Positions 1-12,520 of a DNA stretch of 64,000 nt are shown one piece after another. Source of the DNA: Balanoglossus misakiensis (lineage: Eukaryota; Animalia; Hemichordata); assembly GCA_040954595.2 (NCBI GenBank), contig CM082587.2:5568206-5632205 (forward strand). The letters run 5' to 3'. How positions within the stretch are numbered: the first letter of the stretch is position 1; each line of letters begins with the position of its first letter. The notes beneath the pieces were generated by a model, which was not told the origin of the DNA, ran no database searches, and was given only the letters and a program-made list of their open reading frames with translations. Both the position numbers and the translations under genes were made by a program.

Positions 1-3000
1 TCCAGTACAGCCTGTGTGTTACGCATCATTACGTCCTGTTTTACAAAAAAAAAACGCGAGTTTATATACTGGGGTTTACGCCAATGACCCATGACCTCTT
101 CGCACTGTGACTGTGACCTATGACCTCTGCCCTCTCATCATGCATTCTGCAACACATACGTGTAGTGTAATCTCAGACCTGTCATCTCTTTGGACTTTTT
201 TAAATTCACGGAATCCCCTCAATTTTGGCAGATGTAATGTTTCAACAAAACAGTAGATTTAGCCATAATATTTAGTACATAAATTCACTAAAAGTCATAG
301 AGAGCTAAGCCTCACATTATAAATTGTTTCCTGCAAAAAAAATAAATAAACACAACACAACATAACACAAACATGAGGACACTTTACCTGGGGTAGGTTG
401 TTTCCCATCAACACAGACCTTTTCCCTTTCCCGATGATTCCGGAATGGAAGACAGTGGAAGCAGTGGCTGGCACCGTCACGGAGAGCGCATGTTTTTTAT
501 TGTCTTCGTGCAACGACAATTTGGAGCCGCTACTCTCTGGCGACGAGTCGTTTCCTCCTTGACCGCCTCCAAACAGACATCTGTTCTCCTGTGACAGACA
601 TGAGAACATTATGTCATGTATGAGAAAATCTACTCCGGCAAAATTTGCGTTATTACAGTAAACGTCTTAACTCCTGTGTACACCATGGTTTTGGTACAAA
701 ACTATTCTTTTCAGGCACACAGTTTCAATCTTTCACCCCCATTTCTCTGAACAGAGGCCCAACTTCACCATAGGAAACAGTGGATTTGGACCAAACCATG
801 GTGTCGAAAAGGTATCACAGGACACGCATACAGTTTCATAACTCGGACAATGCATAAGCCAATGTAGTACTGATACGTGTAGAATTTGCAAACCCCCTCT
901 CTTTTACCTTGCTCATCACTCCCTGAATCAGAAATCGGATGACCTCTGTCTGACCCGGCGGATGACTAGAAACCATTGTCAGGTATTTTGTGACTGTAAT
1001 TACTTCATCGGCAGTGCGGTCTGCAAGACACAAATAAAAAAAAGTGAGAAAACCTTACGGATATTTGGGAATTTGCTGCCAATTTAGAAATCCCAATCAA
1101 TGCCAGCAACAGCCTCACTACCAAATTTACAAGAATCACATCACAGCAGGCACTAGCACCAGAATGAATTCAGTACTTCTCACCTCTCCTGTGAAGCAGG
1201 ATGCAGAAATAGTGAACCGTACAGCGGGCGATGTTGAGCAGTGTATCCATGGCGATGTTGTCGGGCAGACCGACCAGATACAGCAGCCTGATGGTCTGGT
1301 AGGACACCGCCGGCGAGTGGTGATGCAACAGACACGAGAGAATCTGCACAGAGCTTTGCAAGGTGGATTTCAGTCTGACCCGCGACCTCTGCTGACCTTG
1401 CTCGCTGCGCTCCCATTTGACCAGGAGCGTGAAGTTGTTCAGGAGATGGAGCGTCTGGAAAAAAATAGTACGGAAAGGGCAAATGTCACCTATTTGAGGT
1501 GTATGGGGTGTTTACATTGTATCCCCCTGGATATTTACCACCAGAACAGTTGCAACTCAGGTATAGGGTTGGCAAAAATCTCTGACAAGCAGTTCAGGGG
1601 GTGACTGCCCTAGAACCATTTTTGAAGTGAAATACCTCATCAAGGAGTACCTTGTAATTTTTACACGAGAAGACCATAAAAATGCAAATTCACCTGGACG
1701 TCATCTGCGTGCTGCAAATGATACAATGACTTCTGCGCGGCCACTTTCATCACATTCTGCAGCGAGCTCTCAAACTCTGCCTGCAGGTCCAGAAGAAGTC
1801 TGACTTGGGAGCTCTACAGATATACAAGTAGACATATTCTAATGTTACCATAACCTTTGATGATACAATCATCTTGTGTCTTTAATGTATGAGAAGCTTG
1901 AGAATAAACCATCACTTATACAAAATAGATTTGGAAAATATAAGACTTTCAACAGTTGAAAAATTGCTAGAGTTCAAAAATGTGAAAAGCTACATCCAAC
2001 TTGAGTCATCATATTTGTATGGAAAGGTCAGTGTTTCAACAAATCGGTTTATTTTTTTGCTCAAACTGCAAGAAGACTTTTGATGGGCATGTTTACCTTA
2101 TCCTGAGAGTCTGCGTTCAACATGAGGTAGCTGAGGATGTCAGATGCGCAACTTTCACCGCAGTGGACACCAATGACGGACAGCAATCGCTGCAACCAGT
2201 ACAACCTGCAGTGAAAACAATTGGTGTAAAAGAAGATATCAAGTCTCTGCTAAAGTCTGCACAGTTTCAGTACGTGCTGAAAGACACAGCTTGGAGATCT
2301 ATTAAAGCCCACTTCAAGTGTTTTTAAGTTTAAGTTAAAGCATAAAATAAACCAACATATAAATCACACACATGCATCTTAATATCTTACATGTACATGG
2401 TAAGCATCATTCCCCCCAGACCAAAAATTGCAGTTCCGTAATACACCTATTGACAAACTAAAAAAGCTTTCAGCACTGCACCGAGACTAAAAGCACTGAC
2501 CTTTTCTCGATGGCAGTGAGAATATCCCTGCATAGATCATTGGTGTGCTTCTGCAACTCGATCAGGAATGGGATCTCGCTCATCTCAGACTGCGTGGACT
2601 GGTATTTGGCGGAGTGTTTAGAGTAGACACTCCTCTGCAGATCTAACAGCAGTAGATCCTGAAGAAATAAATCCATGGAGTACTATTAACAAATTAAAGG
2701 GGAAGGGGTTGTCGCCAAAATACATGTACTTGCTGTAAGTAATTCTGATTGATTATTTGATGAACCAATCAATCATTGACTTACTCAACTATTCACTCAC
2801 TCGCTCGACCAATCAACCAACCGACCGATCAATCAATCAATTAATCAATCAATCAATCACGTGACTCACCAGTATCAAAGCAGCACATTGCTGCACCTGT
2901 GGGGAGACCACCACATCAAATTCCATGCCGTTCTCCGGACCCTGCGGTGCCGCTGTGTCTAACACAAAGTGGAGCAGCTTACAAGCCCCACTGCCAGATT

Positions 3001-5350
3001 TGCATATCAGATGTATGACCAGTGTCAGCAGGCCGTCGGCATCCTTCAAGATGACAGAACTGCTACGGAACTGATTTGAAAGGATGTTCAGTACTTCCGG
3101 GGTTACTGTCAGAGGAAGATAAACGCACAAAGAATATTAAAGGGATATAGTTGCTCATTTCCGACTTTATTTCAGTAAGAGTTGTTTTAGTTTGTTCTGA
3201 TAGATCATTCAATACGTTCTATTGACTGAAATATTGTTGCGACTCATCTTGCACCACGGATGTGATCTAATTTGATCACCGTGGTAATTGGTACTTACAG
3301 TAATCTACCAAGTCGTTGGTGATGACTTTTAACAGCATGGGTGACATGGTTGCCAGCTGTAGCAGGAATGGAACTGTGGACAACTGCTGCTCATCCGTAC
3401 TGTGCAAACTGGCCTGTCGACAAATGAACAAACGCCAGGGTAAAGCACACGATAAGCTCGAGTCAGAGTTCAAGGTTCACTACTGCAGCAGAATGTTATT
3501 ACCACTGTGTTGTTGGGGGGGAAAATGCACCTGGCGATTAATTTCCGTCTTACCTGGAAAAGTTCCAAGAGAGCTTTCCTGATGTCCTTGGAGTGCTGAG
3601 ATGCCAGGTGTCCTAAGATGCCAACCACGGACGCCATCTTGGGGACCTTCTTCTCTGAACTGGTGATGGGGTCCCCCTGGGTGTTGCCATGACTACAGAA
3701 GTCTTTCAGCCCGCACGAGAGGACTCTTGTGATGATGGTCTCGGGGAAGCATGATCTGGATGTTGACAAGGAAATGTTATGTACTGAAATTGTATAACTT
3801 AAAATCTCAATGTTACATCGAGAGACAAAGCAAAGATGAAAAATATATATAATGACACTCGTCACTGGATTTTTGCCACAGACTTACCCAATGTGAGCCA
3901 CCACCCAGTCAAAGTGTGGGGAGTGTAGGACGGACGTGTCCAACAGGGCATCTACACAGAAGTCTGGACAGCTCTTGATAAGTACAGCCACGCACTGCGT
4001 TGCAATCTCCATCAGACTTCTCGTTGCTGTCACAGGAAGAAGAAAAGGGCCAAATTTTATCAGCACGGAATTCTTAAACACAAAACAGAGTGACGTTCAC
4101 TCTGGCCGGCTCATGTGTACCACACACAAACTGACATGTTTTCACTGAGAAAATAAACTGTATTCACATATTTCACATGTTGGTTTTCAATACCAATCAA
4201 ATTTGTTCAATACGCCTGGATCAAAGCCTACACTGTACAATGTATGTGTGGAACATGTTGCGAGGGTTTTGCTTCTGACAGATCCAAGATTTACATGTAC
4301 CTTTGCATGTCATCCATAACTGTAGCAATTCATTGAGACTTGACGAATGAGGCACACCTCTCCTGCCAGCATACTGACTGCTGATCTGCCCCAGCAGATC
4401 TATCGCCCACTGTGAAACAGAACAAAAGGGTGAGGATAATTAATAAATGCTTGTTTAAGTCCATTTAAACTCCCCTAACTTCTTATAAATCAAGTAACCA
4501 TGGCAATTACAGACGACTTACTGTGAAAATCAAAGGAGCCCATCCTTCAGGATTCTTCTTGACAAATCCGAGTAAAACTCGGTGAATATCTTCTATCATA
4601 TCATCTAGATTGGGTGCTAAACTCTCTGAATGATAAAAAGGATAAACAGATTCTGTTCAGTCATCAATACTTTCTAAAAGCACTATTAGGATCTACATGT
4701 GTACTTGTGAAATCTCACATACAATGTGTACCAGTGATGCAGTTTTGTAATACACAGGTGCAAAAATATGCATCTTAAAAATAATATAAGGTTTCACAGG
4801 AACTATGGTGATAAACACAAGTGGGTCTTGCTCCTAGAAACATTACGTGACGGTGACTTACCCTCCCCGTCCAGCTCCACCACGTGTGAATTGACGCTCT
4901 CATCAAACACATGACACAAATGCTCTAGCACTGCAGACCTCGCCGATGGCAACGTCCTCAGCAAGTGGATGGCAGACTTGGCGTGCTCCTCACTGGTTAG
5001 TTTGTGTCCATGCACTGGATGGGAACCGTGCACGAACGACCGCACCTCGTTTAGCAAATCCTTTATAAAAAATCAACAATGTGATAAAACAAATCTGAAC
5101 GAATACACTAGAGATAATGCCAAGATCTTCATGTCAATTATGATGGAATTCAATTGACTACTAAGTACTATGAATGATGAGCAAATTTGGAAGAAAAGGG
5201 GCGACTTTGCTACGTTGTTTAGGGGATACTAGTCTGAAACAATGACTTGAAATGTTGTTACAGGTCAATAACGCCGTGATAACCAGCGAAAAACTACAAT
5301 ACCTCTGACATGTGGATAGGACCAGACAACGACTGCATGCCACTCGCCAT
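1..5350 (-). CDS. INTS5: Integrator complex subunit 5, multi-exon, 3' end beyond the window start
   Basis: First exon 5350-5303 ([16 protein letters not shown]|gt) splices to [10 protein letters not shown]...[19 protein letters not shown]. Later exons encode [23 protein letters not shown] and [20 protein letters not shown]...[16 protein letters not shown], which I recognise as INTS5 N-terminal blocks. GT-AG boundaries are present. Confidence 0.9.
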
Positions 5351-5625
5351 GTTTTGCTGCTCAAGTCAGGTGACCAAGTTTGTGACCCCGGTTTGGGGTC
5401 AACATATTTTGTAAGCAGCAACCGTGATTGGACATCGTGGGATAAGTGAGTCCGGCCAGCCAATCGTAACAGGCTTTACGAGCGTTGTTCGGTTTGCGCA
5501 CATTCGTCTGTTCGTCTGACGTCGTACAATCAACAATCGGCAGCCAAGGCTACGTGACAGCGTCTCGGCGAGGTTGGAACACAATCCGATCGCACACTTC
5601 TAACGCTACGGACGTACTTCTTCCG
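5351..5625. promoter_or_regulatory. Probable bidirectional promoter between INTS5 and MIGA
   Basis: Divergent first exons under 300 bp apart; CCAAT boxes on both strands (GATTGG ~5426, CCAATC ~5461); locally CpG-rich. Confidence 0.5.
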
Positions 5626-6220
5626 ATGCTAAAACTTCACGAAATATTATCAAACACAAAGAACGGTGTAAGATTCACAGTAATCCGCGACAGCATTGAA
5701 GGTAAGTGACTAGCGATCACTGAGTCTGCCGATACAGTCACTCCGCATGTCGAGGGACTGGTGATGTAAATGATGGGTAATGTTGCAAATGCGCTGGAAA
5801 TGGGTGCAATCGAGAAAAAAGCTACACGGTATTGTATACGCACAATACATTTCCCAATTTAATATTGCAGTACAGGTCTTTTATTTTGGAAACAACAACA
5901 GAAACAACTTTTTACCGTATTTACATGCGATTGCGTAATCACACATGACCATAGGAAACAATGCAACATACAAACTTGTACAAAGGAGTGCATTGTTTTT
6001 ACTTACAGTTTATTTTTCCCTAGACTCTACTGGAATGCAATCACAGAGATTCGTCTTATTTTCTGCTCTTGACACATATTTTGGCAAGAGTCTGTGAATA
6101 TATTGAACAAAATCACGCCGAAATTCTTTGTGATGCTCACAGAGAAATCAACCTCTAGTATATTGCAAATCTTTTTCCTCATATATTTTCATCTTTTATT
6201 CTTGTCGTAGAGTGATCACC

Positions 6221-9200
6221 ATGGTGAGCCGACGGTCCCAAATTGCCCTGGCGTTTGCCTTGGGTGGGGCTGCCATCTTCTTCTTTGCCGCTTATTACTT
6301 CAACCGCAAACGCAAACACAGCAGACGCCAGAAACCTCTGAAGGAAGTTCTTCCCCAGAGAGCGTTGCCATCGTTACCTGACACCACGAAATTAAGACTT
6401 CATCGCAGAGCACCTCCATCAAGTAAGAACTTCTCCTCATCATTAGAATTTAGATTTCCATTTTGTCTCTTATATTTCTTACTATTTTCTCCCTCTTTCT
6501 TTCTTCTTGGAACATAGTTTTCTCTCTTGTTTTCTTTCCTCATCATTAGGTTTCCATTTTAGATTCTATTTCTAAAGAAAAAACAAATACTGTTTCTTAT
6601 TATTTTTCACTTTTCTGTCTTCTTATGACAAAGTTTCTTTTTTTCCTCCACTCATTAGACTCTGTCTCCAACACCAGATATCAGTCATTTACATAAATGA
6701 TTATAATTTACATGTAGTAGAACATTGCTAAATTTATGCACCAAGCAGTCAATTTTAAAGATGAATTATTAAGCTAGTATATCTGTCAACAACAATCAGT
6801 TGAATACTGTTTAGCTCTTGGGAAGTGGCAGTCCTGGTAAGTATATAACTGAACATTTGTTTTGGTCTATTACTGAAGGATTACCAAGTACCGGCAGGGC
6901 AGGGCCTGGTAGCACATCCAGTGCCGGCAGTGCCATCAGTAGAAGATCTGGCGTATCCAGCCCGATTGGCGAACAACCACCAACAACAGAAAATCTAACA
7001 TCACAACACCTCTTTCAGCTAGGTATCCATCCAGTTCTCACGGTCTCATCTTTCCAGTGATTGTTTCACTTTAGGTTAGACCGGTTGTGATGTACACATG
7101 CGGACAGAATGCAAGTAGTGTGGCATGAGTGATTCTTGTAGTTTTCGCCGAGTTTCTTTTTAGGTTTAGGCAGACTTCAAGACGTTCTAGCTAGGATGTA
7201 AGCATTTGTGTAGCACTTACAATAGCTCTTCAAATTTTAGGCAGGGATAGGATTGACAAACTGCAGTTACAATGCAATACAGAGTGTAGAGTATCTTTTT
7301 CAGGTTTAGACAGATCTTGTATTTTCTTGTAGGTTGGAGTGTATGTATGAACGATTTAGAATTCATTGTCAAGACATCTGTATTTTATTCTTTATAGTTT
7401 AGGGATTTTTGTACTTACATTTTTTGTAACTTTGAAAGCAAATGTACTTTATCATACCACTGTTCAATACTTAGGAGATATCTTTTATCACACATTGTGT
7501 GAAAAAAATATGTCACATTTATTATAGAAACTAAAGATTTCAAGCAAAACAGTTAGTTTAGGTTTTTGTTCAGTTCATGTCCTATTCACTTTAGACAGGT
7601 TTCTGTGACAATTTTAGTTCATTGGCTTTGTTTAATGTTTTGTAACTATGGATACCCGAATCATTCTTTCTAATCCAGAAATGTATCATTTATTTGATTT
7701 GTTTTTTTGTTTAGTTGTTGAGTTCATGACACTGAGGGATTTGACTACTGAGTATAGATTAGATCGCTTGGGTGATGCCATGTTTGAGGGACGAGAGGTA
7801 GACACCGCGGTCGAGTACGTCTACGATTTCGATCCCGACGTCGACGTTTCAATCATGGAGAGCTTCCACGGCCCGGAGAGCGAGGTGCCCTCTGTCTGCG
7901 TCTGGAACTTGGCTTCCTGCATCCGATTCCACCCTGGAGGCAGAAACAGCAATAAGATCGTCATCTTCGAGCCGTACGACGATTACTCCAATATGCCCCT
8001 CCGACCTAACGACCTCCGACGACGGAGATGGGTCCCGGAGGTTGGTGGTGCCGTCGTCGCTCCCGAGCGACCTTTGACCTTGTCTGATGACAGCATGCCA
8101 GTTCAGTCTCTGGCGCTGTGGAAGGCGTGCCTGCTCGGAAGCCGGGCTGCTCAGTACAGAGTGACGGCCGAAGATCTGGCCGGGAGCGAGTACGCGCTGA
8201 ACGGGAACCAGTTGCCTTCGGGTCCAGGGGCAGTGGCTGAAGATGCAGGGGACGGCCAAGAAGAGCAGGGTCCCCTCTTCACTGTGGCCGAGACCATTGA
8301 GGTTCCGCGCCTGCCCGTTCAACCTGGCCAGCCTGCAGCAGCAGCAGATGGAGGAGTTGCAGATGGAGCAACTGAGGCACTCGTGGCAGCGGGAGGAAAG
8401 GCAGCTGATGCCCCAGCACGTAGCGTGGAAAAGACCGCGCCAGTTCCCGACTCGTCTTCCAGAGACAAGACCTCAGCCGGGAGCAGTGACGGGAACGCTG
8501 AGCCTAGAGATGCTGCGAGAGTCCAGGACGGCGAGAAACGCTCCCAGCTGCTGAGACATCTGCCCAAGAGGTACATCTGCGCCGCCGACCTGACCGAGCA
8601 GCACTCGCCCGGCTACACGCTGAGAGCGAGCTCCATCCACCGCATCCTGACCCAGCGGGAGCAAGCCAGAAGAGAGAGAGAGGGCAGAGCTCAGGCGACA
8701 ACCAACGGACCAAGCACAGACGGCCTGAACTTTCTGGGCGGACACGACGAGAGCAAATCTGCAGTGATGGCCGACGGAACGGCAGAGAAGACCATGTCGG
8801 TTCCGACCTTCACCTTGACCAAGAGGCCGCCCAAGTCCCGAGATTTGCCCAAGTCCGAGGGAGAGCTCGTCAACGCCGTGGAGACGGGCGTGGTCGATGA
8901 CGTCAGTGCTGGTGCCTGTGCCGGAAAACTGAAAGCTCAATTAAACAGTACGAGGTCAGGAAAGGGCAGATTTCCATACTACACCTGGCAACCCGTGAAG
9001 GATACCACTAACACTACGACCCAGACGGACGATTGTATCTCCGAAGACGAGGAGGAGGAGGAGGTATTCTTTGATGCCGTTGAATACCAAGGAATGAGGG
9101 GAAGTGTCCAACGGATGGCCAAAAAAGTGGCCCGGGCTTTTCGTCCAGTCAGCCGGTTATTCTCATAAAGTGTGGTGTCATATCAGGGATGGCTGGCACC

Positions 9201-12200
9201 TACCATTCCCTGAAATTGGAAATATGCAAAATGAAAACTTTTTTAAAAATATGTGAAACTTATTATTGGACATGAACGGAGAAGAAGACAAATTGACTTC
9301 TATATGACTCTATGAAAGTACATTATGAAATGATGGATGCAAACATCCAACACCACCGACAGGATACATGCCAGGGAAAAATTCTGCAAGAATAAGTTGA
9401 GAAGGTCAGAGAATGGACAGAGAAGCAAGTTTTGTGTCTGGAGTCGACATAGAGACTATTTCTGAATGTGTTTAGAAAAAAATGTTCAGGTGCAGGGTCA
9501 GGATATGAGAAAAGACATTGTGACCAAGTTTTGAATGTGGTGCTGCTTAGAGCTGCAGGCAGCTTCAGAGAACAGAGAGAAAGACTTTTATTAAGAATGT
9601 GGACACTGATACAGTGATAGAGTTGACAAAGGCTTAGAGTAGGGACAGTCAGTATCTAGAATCAGGGTTACAGCAGTATGGACCAGACTTTACCGTACAG
9701 GGTGTAACATTTTAGAAGACATAAGTGAGTAGAGAAATAAACGAGCTGTAGAACAGGGAGCATGATACAAAATGTATGTGTATGTGTGGATTTGAATATG
9801 TGACATTCAGAAAGAAGCACTTCCATCTTCTAAAAATGAAATGTTCAGAGAATTCATTTCTTTCATAAAAAAATACTTTAGAACATGCATGGAGCATACA
9901 ATTTCTGTGTTCAGTGCAGGTGGAACCGATATTTTGCATGCAGGGTTCGCCTTCATTTGCAAAATACCATTCTTTGACGTCTTTGTTTTTGACATCTTTA
10001 ATTGCAGGTATGGAGTCTTTGGAACAGGCTGTGCAGCGATGGGAAGAGGCCATCCACAGAACAGCACACACCGACACAACAGAAGTAGACAAGGTACTTA
10101 AAGTTAAATATTAGCACCAGAAAGAGCATTGCTGTATTAAACCTACATCTTTGGTGGGGGGGGAGGGGGGTCTCCAGAATGAAAGCTTTTACTGTGTGAG
10201 CATATTATGAATATGAAACAGCAACTTACTTCCACGGATATTTCTATCTGTCACCAGTCGGGGCAGATTTCAACGGCAGAGTTGAACTTCCGACTGGAGA
10301 GATTACTGAAGAGCGCCTACGGTGTGCAGACGGAAGCAGAGAGGACACTGTCACTGCAGTCCTCGCTGGCGTCTTCTCAAGAAACCATAGCGATGTCGTT
10401 GACGGACAGCACAAGGACGCTAGTCGGTGAATTAAGCGACGATGAATCGACGGACTCGTTTGTCTCCGCATCGGAGGTAAGAAGTCAGCCTTTCTACCTT
10501 CAGGTGAAAAAAAAATTAAAAAGCTAGTCAGAGACACTTCTAATACTTCTAATGTCTAACCTTGTGATTTTGTTGACTTCACAGTTAGCAGAGTTAGATG
10601 ACATTACAGAGTTGAAAACTGCGGAGAGTAGGATGATGTACATTGAAGCGATGACTGCGGTGGCCGATGACTTGGTTGTGTGTCGAAGAGTGAGGTATGT
10701 CGTCCATTTCCATGCAATACTGCCCTCACAGGCACAATTTTAAAATTGTATGAATACCCAAATCAGATACCTCCCTAGTCGTTATACTATGGGGACATAG
10801 CTTACTTGCAAAATACCTCATACATGTACACTATTAATAATAGTATTATAGCAATGAATTGAAAGCTTTGGAGGACTACATGTATATCCTTTGTCTGAAA
10901 ATCTGTTTCCATCGCAAGTACTACCTTAATCATGTACAATCCTTCAAAGTAACCTCAATAAATTGTGAACTCTCCCTTTTTATCAGGACAACACTCCTGC
11001 AGTGCAGAAATGACATAGACTTCCTAGCCAAGCTGCACTGTGTGCGCCAAGCGTTTGATCACATGCTGCTCGACCCAGCCATTGTGGACTGGTTCATTGA
11101 CCTGGGAAGGCAGATGATGGGCGATTTGATTGTCACAATAAGTCAGGTATATATTGTTGTCTACCATACTAAGCTTAAAAGTGATTTTTTTGTCACCGCT
11201 AAACATGCAGTTGATAAACCATGTGGTAAAAGTTAGTCGAACAAGTGAGTTATAAGCAAGAAAAAAGTAAGCTCTATATAAGAAGTAAAATGGTTTATCT
11301 CAAGATTATCAGTTTATCGAGACACTATCTTTTTCAATTGACGTGTATCTTTCAGCTAATCTGTTTTCTTTACGTGCTAGGATGCTGAGGACTTTTATGA
11401 AGCCTATGACTGCCTGGTAGACTTTGTCAGGAACAAAGAGAATTGGTCGGTTGTAGAAGAAGAGTTGGTCAATCGTAGGGTAAGTTTCGTGAATACGGTC
11501 ATTAGCACCAACAATCATTTGCGTGGAAACGATTCTAAACGGTGGAGTGAGTGCAGGGAACTGTATATAACTCTGATGTTTCTCTGCAGGTGAGATGCAT
11601 CAACTTCTATGACATTGTGTTGGACTTCACCCTGATGGACGCGTTCGACGACATGGAACGATTGCCGGCATCAGTGGCTGCTATCGCCCAGAACAGATGG
11701 CTGAGTTATTCTGTCAAACAGACGGTGAGTGTACCCCTTGTTCTATCTGTGCAGTGTTAGAAGCTTTATGTGGAATCTCAAAATTCCAAATCGGCATAAA
11801 AATAGCACAGTCACTTATCAAAAGTCTGTAATTTCATTAGCTGTATACGTGACAATGTCACCCGAGATCATTGTAGCCTATGGTTGCTAAGCGCTGTTGT
11901 TTCTTTTCAGGCTATGTCTAATGCAATTTGGTCTTTGATTGCGATAAAGAGGAGAATGCTAAGTGTAAGTTCTTTTTTGTTATTTTCCTCTATGACATAT
12001 TACCTGTAACCTTTCATTTTTTTAATGTAAGAAAGCATGTGCATTTTAAATTAAGTTATTCATATAGACTTGTCAGATTGCATCAGCTCACCATTCAATA
12101 ACCTCAGTTTTGATGGTGCTTTGTGCATTTTTTTTGCCTTGCAGAATCCCGATGGTTTTCTTGCGAAATTTTACAATCTCTCAGCTGCCATGAGCCCCTC

Positions 12201-12520
12201 GCTGTGTTGGGGATTTTTAGGACCAAGTGATGATTTCCGAAAGATATGCTACTATTTCAAGGTATGGAACTAAAGAAACGTGTAAAGTGTTGCTTGAAAA
12301 AGAGTCACCTTTGTAATTTAGTACATAAGGCGGATGTAAGTCACAGAAACTTTCTTCTCCTTTACTACAGGACCAGGTAATCAAAGTACTACGGGAAATT
12401 TTCAGCTTATCGACGGTGAGATACAGCAATGTGAGCGACCTGAGTGATGATATACTGGCCTCCATCCGAGACAATTCTATGCTGGTTGACGCGTATCTGA
12501 AGACGTCCGTGAAGCAGTAG
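6221..12520 (+). CDS. MIGA: Mitoguardin (MIGA1/2, FAM73 family), mitochondrial outer-membrane tether and lipid-transfer protein
   Basis: Exons approx. 6221-6422, 6879-7022, 10008-10093, 10258-10476, 10584-10694, 10988-11146, 11381-11479, 11591-11724, 11911-11964, 12145-12261, 12371-12520. N-terminal TM (IALAFALGGAAIFFFAAYYF-NRKRK), LGMESLEQAVQRWEEAI, phospho-FFAT-like DSFVSASE, FLAKLHCVRQAF, INFYDIVLDFTLMDAFDD. A possible upstream exon lies at 5626-5701. Confidence 0.9.
7715..9168 (+). CDS. Intronic ORF or putative alternative last exon of MIGA (about 484 codons, low complexity, C-terminal FFAT motif)
   Basis: Stop-free 7648-9168, clearly GC-rich against AT-rich flanks. Polypyrimidine tract plus TTAG acceptor at 7711-7714 in phase 1, matching the MIGA donor at 7022/7023. 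EEEEEEVFFDAVE near the C-terminus; AATAAA at 9736-9741. Confidence 0.7.

Noticed and set aside
1044-1604. 186-aa plus-strand ORF
   Set aside because: Antisense shadow of an INTS5 exon; no recognisable features.
6423-6517. Hydrophobic read-through tail after MIGA exon 1 (apparent second TM)
   Set aside because: Follows a good GTAAG donor; it is translated pyrimidine-rich intron.
7849-8940. Several overlapping minus-strand and alternative-frame ORFs
   Set aside because: Expected shadows of the GC-rich 7648-9168 frame.
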